Source: Candidatus Nanosyncoccus sp.
GTDB taxonomy: Bacteria > Patescibacteriota > Saccharimonadia > Saccharimonadales > Saccharimonadaceae
Assembly (NCBI GenBank): GCA_045587885.1
Contig: JAZNDC010000030.1
Span: forward strand, 1,628 to 65,627
Direction of reading: 5' to 3'
Length of the DNA: 64,000 nucleotides
Shown here: positions 1 to 9,893 of the stretch, piece by piece
How the letters are laid out: every line of letters starts with the position of its first letter
Numbering within the stretch: the stretch's first letter is position 1
The notes under the pieces: generated by a model
Told to the model about the DNA's origin: nothing
The model's database searches: none
What the model saw: only the letters and a program-made list of their open reading frames with translations
Position numbers and translations under genes: made by a program

Positions 1-195
1 GGGGTGGTGCGCGACAAGGCTGCTGGATTATCATATTGCGGTGGTGGAGTTTTTTGGAAATATGCGGGAGTTTTTGATAACGATACCGCCGTATCAGCTG
101 TGGGTGTTTTTGATTTATATATTTATTGTGGGGCCACTATTATATATATGGTGGAAAAAGCATAGGCATAATAAGAGTTATGCTATAATGAAGGC

Positions 196-1008
196 ATGAG
201 TAGTATATATAGCGATAATGTATTAGGGGGATTACAAAACTTTAAAAAGTGGCTATTTAGATTCGCTGTTGGTCTACTGATTTTTGCAGTAGTACTAGGC
301 GGCTTGACGCTTCTAATTGGTGATGCGAGTTTTACGACTGCAAAACTAATTGGCCAATTTATGAGCACCGTATTTATCATTGGTTTTATGATGCTCTTTA
401 CGACTTGGGATATCAAGTTGATTGAATCTAGAAGAATGTCTGTGCAGATACTTGCTACAATTGGTCTGGCATTTAACCTTTTGTGGGCAATTCTTTGGAT
501 TATTATTTGCTGGGCACCAGAGCTTGTGCAATGTTCTAGTGAATTCTTGGTATGCGATTATAGCCCACTAGCCAAAATTGCATCGATTTGTACTTCGATG
601 TCTCTGTTTGGCACACTCTGTGGTGGCGTGATGAATATGTATGAAGGTAAAAGGAAAGATATTATTTTGCCTTTAAAAATTACTACTGCTGTTTTGCTAG
701 GATATGAATTACTGTTTGCAACTATGACTGTGCTTCTGGATGGCCATGTAAATGAAAGATTTGCGCTTCTTTCTGGATACGCTGGAGTGCTTTGGTTTAT
801 CTTGTGGCTTATTACTCTTGCTGTGTCCTCTAATGAGAAGAAGAAAGAGCTTGGTAACCAGACTGCAAAAACGCAAGAGGAAAAAGAAACGCCAGCAGAA
901 AAAACTGATGAAGAAATTCGCAAAGAAGTAGAGGAAAGACTTAGAAGGGAAAGAATCGAAAAAGAAGTACGTGAAGAAATGGAAAAGGCTGAGAAAAAAG
1001 AAGATTAA
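196..1008 (+). CDS. Integral membrane protein with charged C-terminal tail
   Basis: 270-aa ORF with ~6 hydrophobic segments and an E/K-rich tail; TGCTATAAT 6 nt upstream of ATG; terminator hairpin at ~1020-1048. Confidence 0.75.
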   Translation: MSSIYSDNVLGGLQNFKKWLFRFAVGLLIFAVVLGGLTLLIGDASFTTAKLIGQFMSTVFIIGFMMLFTTWDIKLIESRRMSVQILATIGLAFNLLWAILWIIICWAPELVQCSSEFLVCDYSPLAKIASICTSMSLFGTLCGGVMNMYEGKRKDIILPLKITTAVLLGYELLFATMTVLLDGHVNERFALLSGYAGVLWFILWLITLAVSSNEKKKELGNQTAKTQEEKETPAEKTDEEIRKEVEERLRRERIEKEVREEMEKAEKKED

Positions 1009-1102
1009 TTGGTTTGTAGAGTCCACTTCTTCGGAGGTGGACTTTTTGTGTTTTTGATAGTATAATATAGAGAAGTTAGTTTATAAAAATTGGAGAAATA
1101 AT

Positions 1103-1804
1103 ATGTCTGGACATAGTAAATGGGCTACTACTAAGCGTCAAAAGGCGGTAGTGGATGCCAAGCGTGGCGCTCTCTTTACCAAGATTGGGAATCAGATTGC
1201 GATTGCGGCAAGAGCTGGTACTGATCCTAATATGAACCCATCACTTGCAATGGTGCTAGAAAAAGCCCGTCTTGCAAATATGCCAAAAGCAAATATTGAG
1301 CGTGCGATTGCGCGTGTGGCTGATAAGTCTGCAGCGGCTCTGATTGAAGAGGTTTATGAAGCTTACGGCCCTGGTGGGGTTGGAATTGTGATTGAAATTG
1401 CGACTGACAATAAAAACCGTACGATGCCAGAAGTACGTCATACTTTGGATAAGAATGGTGGCCGTATGGCTGATCCAGGAAGCGTGATGTTCCAATTCGC
1501 TAAGAAGGGTGTAATTGAAATTTCTGAAAAAGGCGAAGATGCTCTCATGGCTGCGCTTGAAGCTGGTGCTGAAGATGCCGTAGAAGAAGATGAGGGGACT
1601 GTGATCTATACGGCTTCTTCTGATCTAATGAAGGTACGTGGAGCTCTTATTGATGCAGGTCTTACTGTGACGAGTGCCGAACTTCAATATGTGCCAAATA
1701 ACTATGTGCCGATTGAAGGCGAGAACGCTGAAAAGCTCGAGAAATTGCTTGATGCAATCGACGAGCTAGACGATGTAGTTAATACTTACACGAATGCAGA
1801 ATAA
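1103..1804 (+). CDS. yebC: YebC/PmpR family DNA-binding regulator
   Basis: MSGHSKWATTKRQK start, YEAYGPGG and ATDNKNRT motifs. Confidence 0.95.
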   Translation: MSGHSKWATTKRQKAVVDAKRGALFTKIGNQIAIAARAGTDPNMNPSLAMVLEKARLANMPKANIERAIARVADKSAAALIEEVYEAYGPGGVGIVIEIATDNKNRTMPEVRHTLDKNGGRMADPGSVMFQFAKKGVIEISEKGEDALMAALEAGAEDAVEEDEGTVIYTASSDLMKVRGALIDAGLTVTSAELQYVPNNYVPIEGENAEKLEKLLDAIDELDDVVNTYTNAE

Positions 1805-1807
1805 ACA

Positions 1808-1834
1808 AAACCGTCTCTAGTAGAGACGGTTTTT
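1808..1834. terminator. Bidirectional intrinsic terminator
   Basis: aaaaccgtctct-ag-tagagacggtttt hairpin between convergent genes. Confidence 0.8.
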
Positions 1835-1841
1835 TGATGGA

Positions 1842-2018
1842 TTAAAGTGCGATAAAACTTTTGGCACTGTTTTTTGCTTTTTGCTCTTTGATTCGGTTTT
1901 TTAGAATACGTTCATCCGCTTCTTTGGTGATTTCTTGATAGCGCTTTTCGCCTGCTTTGACCTTTGATTTTGTTACTCTTTTACTTGCGTTTGAATCTGG
2001 GATTATTATTTTAGACAT
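1842..2018 (-). CDS. Small basic hypothetical protein (58 aa)
   Basis: AGGAGGTGG SD before ATG at 2018; ends at the shared terminator. Confidence 0.6.
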   Translation of the reverse strand: MSKIIIPDSNASKRVTKSKVKAGEKRYQEITKEADERILKNRIKEQKAKNSAKSFIAL

Positions 2019-2154
2019 ATGCCACCTCCTTAATGTACTGTGCTGAGTTTTATTTATTATAACATGAGTAGGTGTAATTGAAAAACACAATAAAAAATGT
2101 TAAAATATGTAACGCAAATTGTTCTTTAACATACTATTTGAAAGAGGTGAAAAA

Positions 2155-2514
2155 ATGGATGAAAAACGTATTATAGCAGTAATAGTGCCTAAAAAACGTA
2201 CTATGACTACTTTGGCGGCTTTGTTTAATTCTATTGAAAGAAAAGAAGTGAGTGAGATGGTAGATTTAGACAACTTGATCAACAAAAAGGAGGGAATAAG
2301 CAGGATGAACAATTACAATGAGGATATGGCAAAGTTATTTAATGAGTGTGGCTTAACCGGGTTTGAACTTAGGGAACTCACAGATTCGGAAAAGGCAACT
2401 CCGGAAGATTGGGCAAAACTTGAGCAGCGTATTGCACTTAGGTCGGCCGAGAATGCTAGAATGTTAGATGTTAGTATGTTTAATGCAAAAAATGATTCAT
2501 TTCCGATAGTATGA
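2155..2514 (+). CDS. Hypothetical protein (119 aa)
   Basis: GAGGTG SD before ATG at 2155; terminator aaacccagc-tttt-gctgggttt follows. Confidence 0.65.
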   Translation: MDEKRIIAVIVPKKRTMTTLAALFNSIERKEVSEMVDLDNLINKKEGISRMNNYNEDMAKLFNECGLTGFELRELTDSEKATPEDWAKLEQRIALRSAENARMLDVSMFNAKNDSFPIV

Positions 2515-2590
2515 TCTAAACCCAGCTTTTGCTGGGTTTTTGCTTTCAAGAGTCTGTGCAAAAGAAGAATAATCTGTTATAATAGTAAAT

Positions 2591-2676
2591 GGAAAGGTGG
2601 CCGAGTGGTTGAAGGCACTGGTCTTGAAAACCAGAGATGGCAACATCCGCAGGTTCGAATCCTGTCCTTTCCGCCA
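2591..2676 (+). tRNA. trnS: tRNA-Ser(UGA)
   Basis: Cloverleaf with long variable arm, anticodon arm ctggt-cttgaaa-accag, GTTCGAATC T-loop, encoded CCA. Confidence 0.95.
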
Positions 2677-2734
2677 AATCTTAGCCGTAATGGCTATTTT
2701 TTGTTATAATATTGGTATAAATTAAGGAGTAAAA

Positions 2735-3421
2735 ATGAAAAACATATCAAGCATAATTTGGGGTCTTGTGCTGGTCGCGGTTGGTGTGATTCTCGGCGGC
2801 AACGCAATGGGCTGGTTTAATATTGACGTCTTCTTTGATGGATGGTGGACATTATTTATTATCGTGCCATGCGCGATTGGTTTTGTTACAGAACCTGGTG
2901 AGCGTATCGGTCATCTAATTGGTCTAGCTGTAGGTGTATTCTTACTTCTTGGCTGCCTTGATGTCTTGTCGTTTGATACACTTTGGAAACTTGTATTCCC
3001 AATCGTAGTTATCTTGGTGGGCCTATGCATGATTTTCAAGAATGTGTTTTCGACTAAGTTTAATGAATCTACTAAAAAACTGAACGAAAAAATCAACAAA
3101 GATGATGAAGTTGGTGCCGTATTTGGTGGCCAAAATGTCGACATGAATGGCGAAGAGTTTAAAGGGCGCAACATTAATGCTGTCTTTGGTGGAGTTAAAT
3201 TTGATCTTCGTAAGGCTAAAATCAAAGAAGATGCTGTAATTAATGCGTCTGCTATCTTTGGTGGAATTGATATTTTGGTACCGGACGATGTGGTTGTTGT
3301 AACTAAATCTAACTCTCTATTTGGTGGTGTGTCAAACAAGAAATCTTCTGAGGCAAAAGAGGGCGCACCTACTATTTATGTAAATGGTATGGCAATCTTT
3401 GGTGGCGTGGAGATTAAATAA
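2735..3421 (+). CDS. LiaF-like membrane protein (N-terminal TMs + DUF2154-type beta domain)
   Basis: Four TM segments followed by repeated (A/S)(V/I/L)FGG beta-strand motifs. Confidence 0.75.
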   Translation: MKNISSIIWGLVLVAVGVILGGNAMGWFNIDVFFDGWWTLFIIVPCAIGFVTEPGERIGHLIGLAVGVFLLLGCLDVLSFDTLWKLVFPIVVILVGLCMIFKNVFSTKFNESTKKLNEKINKDDEVGAVFGGQNVDMNGEEFKGRNINAVFGGVKFDLRKAKIKEDAVINASAIFGGIDILVPDDVVVVTKSNSLFGGVSNKKSSEAKEGAPTIYVNGMAIFGGVEIK

Positions 3422-4134
3422 TGAATACTGCGCAAAAGATTATTAAATATATTGCGATGGCTTTTGCGGCGTTACTTTCTGTATCGATTATTGCTGGGCT
3501 GATCTTTGCTGGACTTGGGCTTATGACTGCCACAAAACTGATTAGCAATAATTCTCACGTAGAGATTAGTTGCGAGGCGGATGAGGCGCCATGTTTGCAA
3601 GTAGCGCTTGCGGCTTCTGAGCTCGTAATTAAAAAAGGTGATGAGTTTACCGCCGAGAGCACTTACGACAAGGTAGAGATAAAACAAGATGGTAATTTGA
3701 TGGTGATTACCGAAAATGGCGGAAGCATTTTTGGTGATTACAATAGAACTACTACTGTGTATGTGCCAGAAGACATGGAATTTACTAAGGTTGGAATTTC
3801 TGGTGGTGCTGGTAGGATTTATGTAGAATCTCTTCGTGCAAAAGAAATGGAAGTGGCACTGGGCGTAGGAGAAACTGTGTTTGACAAGCTAGAAGTAGAG
3901 AAGGCAAAATTTAGCACTGGGATTGGGCGCGTAGCGATTAATCTTGCTTCTTCCGATGATGCGTATGCGATTAAGGTAGACAAGGGAATTGGTGAAATTA
4001 AGTTTAATGGTAATAGTATCAGCAGCAATACTTGGATTGGAAATGGTGATAAGGTGATAGAAGTTAGCGGTGGTATTGGTGAACTGGAAATAAGGACGGC
4101 AGAGAAGAAGGCTGAACAGAAGGTCGAAGAATAA
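3421..4134 (+). CDS. DUF4097-like beta-strand repeat membrane-anchored protein
   Basis: N-terminal TM; repeated G-x-G-x-I motifs (SGGAGRI, GVGET, TGIGRV, KGIGEI, SGGIGEL); coupled to upstream gene. Confidence 0.7.
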   Translation: MNTAQKIIKYIAMAFAALLSVSIIAGLIFAGLGLMTATKLISNNSHVEISCEADEAPCLQVALAASELVIKKGDEFTAESTYDKVEIKQDGNLMVITENGGSIFGDYNRTTTVYVPEDMEFTKVGISGGAGRIYVESLRAKEMEVALGVGETVFDKLEVEKAKFSTGIGRVAINLASSDDAYAIKVDKGIGEIKFNGNSISSNTWIGNGDKVIEVSGGIGELEIRTAEKKAEQKVEE

Positions 4135-4187
4135 AAAACGGGCTGGACAAATTGTCCAGCCTTTTTGGTGACTTCTTGTGATTATGA

Positions 4188-4466
4188 TTAGAATGGTGTC
4201 GGCATTATGCCGGTTAATTCGTGAAAATCACAAGGTCTTGAGTTGGGATTAGGATAATCCGAGATTGCCTCATCCTTCATCGTGTCGAAGTTCTGTCCAA
4301 AAGCGGACTTCAACATTTTTTCGGATAAATCCATTTTTTTGGTGGCTAAAGTTTCCGTCTTTTTGTTGACAACTCCTTTGGTGTCATCAAAGAAGATTTC
4401 TACTCTGTAAAGCTCACCATCTAAAAAGTCCAAAGAACCATGAAATTGTTTTTTCTCAATCTTCAT
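4188..4466 (-). CDS. Hypothetical protein (92 aa)
   Basis: GGAGGG SD before ATG at 4466; convergent terminator at ~4135-4168. Confidence 0.55.
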   Translation of the reverse strand: MKIEKKQFHGSLDFLDGELYRVEIFFDDTKGVVNKKTETLATKKMDLSEKMLKSAFGQNFDTMKDEAISDYPNPNSRPCDFHELTGIMPTPF

Positions 4467-4574
4467 AATAGCCCTCCTTCTAATGCGAGAAAACAACTTT
4501 ATCTGTATAGTTATAGCACGAAATGCATAAAAAGTCAATTAAAATAGACATAATTCTTATGCTATAATGGGATT

Positions 4575-6197
4575 ATGGATGAATCTGAAATCCAGCAAAA
4601 AAGGCGTGACAATGAAGAGCAGGCCACTATGGGTCGTGCTCGGATTTTGGGTTTACCTTATTTGGACACACGAGAGTTTGAAGATACAATTCCACTTACA
4701 GAGAAGTTTATATCTGTCGAACAGATGCATAAGGACTTTATTATTCCTTTGCAAAAAGGTGGAGGTGAAGTTCGTTATCAGTTTATGGTAACGAGTCAGA
4801 CGCCGAGGTCTTTGATTGAGAAAATGCGTCAAGACTATCGAAATGATGGCGAAAATGTGGATTTTTTCTTGATTTCTGGTTCGGCTTACAAGGTGTTCAT
4901 GCTTCGTTATGATCCACCGGTAGAGATACAATATGATGATATCAAAATTGGTGGCGAGGGAGATTCGGAGACAATCGCATCAGTGTCTAAGACGCTTAAT
5001 TCAGTTTCTACGGAAAAGATTTTTGATTTTCTTATTGATCAAGCGGATAAACTTGGCGCATCTGACATACATATTGAAAATATGCGTGGCGAGATTAGGA
5101 TTCGTATGCGTGTGGATGGGATTTTGCACCCGGTGGCGGATATCGATAAAGATAAATACCGTATTTTTATGGGGGAGCTAAGCTCTCGTGCAAATGTTTC
5201 GACGGCTTCGAATAAGCCACAATCAGGGCATATGCAAAAAGAAATCACTCGCGACAATGCAACACATATGCTGAACATTCGTGTGGAAACAATCCCGACG
5301 ATGTATGGGCAGGATGCAGTGCTACGTTTGTTTAACTTTGACGAATCGTTGCTGAATTTGGATCTTTTGGGGTTATCTAAGGAAGAAAAAGCAGAAATCG
5401 ATAGTGTGATTTCGCATCCGCGCGGTTTGGTTCTAATGGTAGGTCCAACTGGTTCAGGTAAATCCACTACTCTTTATTCGATGCTAAATGCATTGAACAC
5501 AACTGACCGTAAGATTATTACACTGGAGGATCCGATTGAGTATGGTATCACAGGTATTTCGCAGATTCCAATTAATACTAATTCTGGTGGTTCGTTTGCG
5601 GAAGGACTTAGAAGCGTGCTTCGTTTGGACCCGGATGTAGTGATGGTGGGTGAGATTCGCGATGCGGATACGGCCAAGACAGCGATTCAGGCGTCTATTA
5701 CTGGACATTTGGTGCTAAGCTCATTTCACGCAAATTCTACTTCGGCGGCATTTTCGCGTATGATTGATCTTATTGGTGTGAACCCAATTTTTGCAAGTTC
5801 GATTCGGTTGGTGATCGCACAGAGATTAGTGAGAAAACTTTCTGACACAAAGAAAGCGCGTCCAGCCACTGATGCAGAAGTAAAATATATCCATGAAGTC
5901 TTTGAAGGCGTTTCACAAGAAAAATTATCAGGGGTAGATTTAAATAATATCACGCTATATGACCCAGTAGTGTCGGAAGACGACCCATTTGGTTATAATG
6001 GAAGAACAGTGTTGATGGAACAGTTAGTCGTGTCTGAGAACATACAGGCATTTATACGAGGGGATGTAACCGACATAAATACGGACGCGATTGAAAAAGC
6101 AGCCAAAAAGGACGGAATGCTGACATTGGAACAAAAAGGTGTTCTTGCGGCGCTTCGTGGCGAAACCACTTTAGAAGAAGTATCTCGTGTGATATAA
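4575..6197 (+). CDS. pilB: GspE/PulE/PilB family type IV pilus assembly ATPase
   Basis: ASDIHIE, RMRVDG, Walker A GPTGSGKSTT, TLEDPIEY, LRLDPDVVMVGEIRD, TGHLVLSSFH. Confidence 0.92.
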   Translation: MDESEIQQKRRDNEEQATMGRARILGLPYLDTREFEDTIPLTEKFISVEQMHKDFIIPLQKGGGEVRYQFMVTSQTPRSLIEKMRQDYRNDGENVDFFLISGSAYKVFMLRYDPPVEIQYDDIKIGGEGDSETIASVSKTLNSVSTEKIFDFLIDQADKLGASDIHIENMRGEIRIRMRVDGILHPVADIDKDKYRIFMGELSSRANVSTASNKPQSGHMQKEITRDNATHMLNIRVETIPTMYGQDAVLRLFNFDESLLNLDLLGLSKEEKAEIDSVISHPRGLVLMVGPTGSGKSTTLYSMLNALNTTDRKIITLEDPIEYGITGISQIPINTNSGGSFAEGLRSVLRLDPDVVMVGEIRDADTAKTAIQASITGHLVLSSFHANSTSAAFSRMIDLIGVNPIFASSIRLVIAQRLVRKLSDTKKARPATDAEVKYIHEVFEGVSQEKLSGVDLNNITLYDPVVSEDDPFGYNGRTVLMEQLVVSENIQAFIRGDVTDINTDAIEKAAKKDGMLTLEQKGVLAALRGETTLEEVSRVI

Positions 6198-6198
6198 T

Positions 6199-6957
6199 AT
6201 GCGCTATATGAGTGAAAAAGTTATTTCTGACTACAACGGCTACGACTATAAAAAAGATTTTTGGGAAGATGTAGATCGTGAATATGAAGACCAAGCGGAT
6301 CGTATGGCGATTCGTAAGCTACTTCCAAAGCGCATGGAAAAATTTGCTGATATTGGTGGTGGCTATGGTAGGCTTGCAAATGAATATATTAAACGTGCTC
6401 ACAAAGTTTACATTTTTGATTATTCTAAGACAGAGCTAAAGCAAGCAAAGGAGATCTATGGCGATAAAATTGAAACCAAAGCTGGTGATATATATAAATT
6501 GCCATTTAAAGATAACGAACTAGATGGATTGATGATGGTGCGCGTAACGCATCATCTTAAGGATTTGGAGAAGGCAATTGGTGAATTATATCGCGTACTT
6601 AAACCAGGTGGCGTGGCTGTGATTGAGGTTGCCAATAAACGCACTTTGCCAAAAATTGCACGATTTGTAACTCGTCGTTCCAAGGTGAATCCTTTTGATA
6701 AAAAGGTTGCAAACTATAAAGAGATTTCTAAGGATGGTTTTTATAATTATCATCCAAAATATGTGGAAGATATTTTTACAAAGACTGGTTTTAAGCGCGA
6801 AAAGGTTTTGTCTGTATCGAATTTCCGTAGCCGTGGACTTAAAAAAGTGTTTAAGACAAAGAATTTGGTAAAGATGGAAAACTCTGCACAGCAGATTTTG
6901 GCGCCAATTCGTTTTGCTCCATCCATCTATTATAAGTTGAGAAAACCTGAAGAATAA
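6199..6957 (+). CDS. Class I SAM-dependent methyltransferase
   Basis: ADIGGGYGRL motif I, GDIYKLPF, LYRVLKPGG. Confidence 0.9.
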   Translation: MRYMSEKVISDYNGYDYKKDFWEDVDREYEDQADRMAIRKLLPKRMEKFADIGGGYGRLANEYIKRAHKVYIFDYSKTELKQAKEIYGDKIETKAGDIYKLPFKDNELDGLMMVRVTHHLKDLEKAIGELYRVLKPGGVAVIEVANKRTLPKIARFVTRRSKVNPFDKKVANYKEISKDGFYNYHPKYVEDIFTKTGFKREKVLSVSNFRSRGLKKVFKTKNLVKMENSAQQILAPIRFAPSIYYKLRKPEE

Positions 6958-6977
6958 GGTATAATAATACTGTTGGC

Positions 6978-7052
6978 GGGGCAGTCGTTCAACGGATAGG
7001 ACATATCCCCTCTAAGGATACAATGCTGGTTCGATTCCAACCTGCCCTACCA
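6978..7052 (+). tRNA. trnR: tRNA-Arg(UCU), with C33 instead of U33
   Basis: Acceptor stem ggggcag/ctgccct, anticodon arm tatcc-cctctaa-ggata, T-loop TTCGATT, CCA. Confidence 0.85.
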
Positions 7053-7141
7053 TTATAGGAACTGAATAAAAAGGGAGCTTGCTCTCTTTTTTGAAGGTTC
7101 GAAGTATCCACTATTTTTATTTATTGTGCTATAATGAGCTT

Positions 7142-7756
7142 ATGCTAGAGTACAGATTATTAGTCGGTGGCTTGGTTGCTGTAACTCTTTTTTCTGGTTT
7201 TGCGCTTTCTTCTAGTGGTGCGGCCGCTGAGACATATACGAGGGATGCCCTCGTTCGTGTTTCGAGCGCATGTACCATGACTGGTGGTGTTAGTGATTTG
7301 CATGCTAGATCCGTTCCAATTGCAACATATGCTTCTGATATTGGAGAGACAACACTTTCTACTGTGTGTAATGATAACGGTGGTTTTGCAGTATATGCGA
7401 TTGGTTATACGGGCAATGTAGACGGTACGAATACGTTGGTTCATGGTACTAATTCGAACAAAACTATTGCGACTGGTCTTACTACTTCTGGTAATGTCTC
7501 AAGTTGGGCTATGAGATTGGCAGCTGTTCAGAATGGTGGTAGTACCCCGACTATTGAGAATGGCTATAGTTCTTATAGTGTTGTACCAAATAGTTATGTA
7601 AAGGTTGTTTCGTATTCTTCTGCAACTGCGCTTAATACGAGCGTTTCATTTAAGACTTATTATGCGGTGTATGTTTCTCCAACTCAAGCTGCTGGTACTT
7701 ATACTGGCCAGGTGAAATATGTGCTTGTGCACCCATCAGCTGCTACTCCTTCGTAA
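7142..7756 (+). CDS. Secreted single-domain protein, WxL-like module related to the N-termini of the FISUMP proteins in this window
   Basis: Signal peptide; GFAVYA..., SWAMRL and terminal GTYTGQVKYVL strand resemble paralogous modules. Confidence 0.7.
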   Translation: MLEYRLLVGGLVAVTLFSGFALSSSGAAAETYTRDALVRVSSACTMTGGVSDLHARSVPIATYASDIGETTLSTVCNDNGGFAVYAIGYTGNVDGTNTLVHGTNSNKTIATGLTTSGNVSSWAMRLAAVQNGGSTPTIENGYSSYSVVPNSYVKVVSYSSATALNTSVSFKTYYAVYVSPTQAAGTYTGQVKYVLVHPSAATPS

Positions 7757-7773
7757 TGTGCTATAATTAGCTT

Positions 7774-8496
7774 ATGAAAAATATTGTTGAGGTAAAGAAT
7801 TTTAAGATGGTTTTTGGTGACAAGACTGTTATCAAAGACTTGTCTTTTGAAGTAAAAAAAGGCGAAATCTTTGGTTTGCTCGGCGCGAATGGGTCGGGTA
7901 AGACCACTACCGTTAGGGCGTTACTGGGATTTTATCATCCTACAGCTGGTGATGTGCTGGTAGATGGCAAAGTGTATAATCCAGAGAATTCTAATATTAG
8001 GATTGGCTATCTTCCAGAAGAGCGTGGGTTATACCGTAAGGAAACAGTATTAGATACGATGGTGTATTTTGGTGAGTTGAATGGACTAAAAGACCCAGTA
8101 GAATGGAGTAAAAAATATTTAAAACGTGTTGGTTTAGAAGAAAAGGCAAACGAGAGACTCGAGAAATTGTCTGGTGGGCAACAGCAAAAGGTGCAGCTTG
8201 GCATCACTATTATGGGTGATCCACAACTATTAATTCTGGATGAACCAACTAAAGGTTTTGACCCGATGAACCGTAGACTTCTAATGGAAATAATTGAAGA
8301 GCATCACAAAAAAGGTGCGGCGATTATTATGATTACGCATTATATGGATGAAGTAGAAAAGCTTTGCGACAGGGCATTACTACTTAAAGATGGCGTGGCA
8401 AGAGCATATGGATCGATTGCGGACATCAAGAAAGAATTCAAGGGAAAGAGCTTGGAACAAATCTTTGTAGAAGTATATGGAGGTGAAAATGAATAG
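7774..8496 (+). CDS. ABC transporter ATP-binding subunit
   Basis: GANGSGKTT, LSGGQQQ, LLILDEPT, H-loop ITHYMDE. Confidence 0.95.
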   Translation: MKNIVEVKNFKMVFGDKTVIKDLSFEVKKGEIFGLLGANGSGKTTTVRALLGFYHPTAGDVLVDGKVYNPENSNIRIGYLPEERGLYRKETVLDTMVYFGELNGLKDPVEWSKKYLKRVGLEEKANERLEKLSGGQQQKVQLGITIMGDPQLLILDEPTKGFDPMNRRLLMEIIEEHHKKGAAIIMITHYMDEVEKLCDRALLLKDGVARAYGSIADIKKEFKGKSLEQIFVEVYGGENE

Positions 8497-9682
8497 TTTT
8501 ACTTTTAAAGTTGCAAAATTTGAAATCATGCGCCAGCTAAAAAAGCCAGCATTTTGGGCGGCGACGCTTTTAATTCCTCTTCTTATGGGTGGTATTTACT
8601 TTGTGAGTTTCATTTCGTCACAAAATGTAAATGAAAATCCGGAACTTAGCCAAGACACTAAAGTGGCTATTACGGATGATGCGGGAGTATTTTCGGAGGA
8701 TGCACCATATATAATAAATGGGGATAAAGAATATGGAAAGGAACTTGTTACAAAAGGTGAGGTAGATTTATATTTCTATATTCCACAAGACTTTCTAGAA
8801 ACTAAGAAAGCAGAGTTTTATCATATTTCAGAAGGGCTAGAAATATTTAATTTCGATGCTAATATTTTGAAGAGCTTGATGGCACAGGATGCGGCTAAAC
8901 GTGTGTCTCCTTCGGATATTTTGTCACTCAATGGCCAGTTTGAAATTGTAGATAATAAGCTTTCTAAAGACGGTAAGGATTCTAATGCGCTCGGTAAGGC
9001 GATAATCCCGTTCTTTATTGGGATACTATTCTTTATGTTTGTTTGTTTATGCGGCAACAGATTTTTGTTATCTGTGGTGGAAGAAAAAGAGAATCGTATT
9101 TCTGAAATGATTTTGACGGCAGTATCGCCTAGACATTTGATTGTCGGTAAGATTATTGCGATGCTGGTGCTAGGTTCAATACAAATGCTAGCGATAACTA
9201 TTCCAGTACTGTTATTGATATTTGCAAACCGTGATAACCCAATGCTTAGTCAAATTATTGGTATGATAGAAATTGATCCAGTGGCGATTATACTAAGTAT
9301 TTTACTATTCATTGTGTCTTCTATATTCTATGCAGGGACTTGTACATTTGTGGGCTCACTAGTATCTACAGCAAAAGATGCATCATCGTTTATCGGGCCA
9401 GCAATTATTGCGATGGTATTTCCACTATACCTTATGCAAATGTTTATGATGACGGACCCAAACTTCATCGTGCAATTCTTTACGTATTTCCCATTATCTG
9501 CGCCGGTAGCACTGATGTTAAGGCAAGGGTTTGGCACAATCTCAACCTGGGAATACTGTATTGGCCTTGCCGTAGTGTTTGCGGCTGCAGTAGTGATGAT
9601 TAGACTTGCGGTTATTACGTTCCAAAAGAACGCAATTAATTTTGGCACTGTTAGCTTTAAATTTGGCAGACGCAAAAAATAA
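8489..9682 (+). CDS. ABC-2 type permease (NatB/YhaP-like)
   Basis: N-terminal TM, extracellular loop, VVEEKENRISEMIL and GKIIA motifs, C-terminal TMs; overlaps ATPase stop. Confidence 0.9.
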   Translation: MNSFTFKVAKFEIMRQLKKPAFWAATLLIPLLMGGIYFVSFISSQNVNENPELSQDTKVAITDDAGVFSEDAPYIINGDKEYGKELVTKGEVDLYFYIPQDFLETKKAEFYHISEGLEIFNFDANILKSLMAQDAAKRVSPSDILSLNGQFEIVDNKLSKDGKDSNALGKAIIPFFIGILFFMFVCLCGNRFLLSVVEEKENRISEMILTAVSPRHLIVGKIIAMLVLGSIQMLAITIPVLLLIFANRDNPMLSQIIGMIEIDPVAIILSILLFIVSSIFYAGTCTFVGSLVSTAKDASSFIGPAIIAMVFPLYLMQMFMMTDPNFIVQFFTYFPLSAPVALMLRQGFGTISTWEYCIGLAVVFAAAVVMIRLAVITFQKNAINFGTVSFKFGRRKK

Positions 9683-9694
9683 TACATTTTATGC

Positions 9695-9723
9695 TTGCAA
9701 GCGCTCCTTTTGTTTGGTAGAAT
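9695..9723 (+). promoter_or_regulatory. Sigma70-type promoter
   Basis: TTGCAA-N17-TAGAAT. Confidence 0.7.
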
Positions 9724-9809
9724 AGAAAAAGTTGCTCGTTTTTACCCAGATTACTGCGAGTGGGCGTTAGGTCGGAGAGCAGCAAAACATTAAGGAGAAT
9801 ATTTGATAC

Positions 9810-9893
9810 ATGCGTATCATCAAGGCTAAGCGTTCTAAGGAACGCAAAGCAAAGATTGCTCCTGCTGAATGGCAAGAGTTTATCGAAATATAA
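9810..9893 (+). CDS. Candidate 27-aa basic peptide MRIIKAKRSKERKAKIAPAEWQEFIEI (or part of a structured sRNA)
   Basis: Own promoter, AAGGAG upstream, CGT/AAG/GCT codons typical of highly expressed genes here, terminator directly after stop. Confidence 0.45.
   Translation: MRIIKAKRSKERKAKIAPAEWQEFIEI

Noticed and set aside
1-180. Possible minus-strand ORF running off the window start
   Set aside because: Open frames exist but have no supported start codon or recognisable motif.
9760-9790. SRP (4.5S) RNA suggested by taggtcggagagcagc
   Set aside because: Lacks the GNRA tetraloop with 3-bp stem and the AGCA side of the helix-8 internal loop; these bases pair better with 9731-9737.
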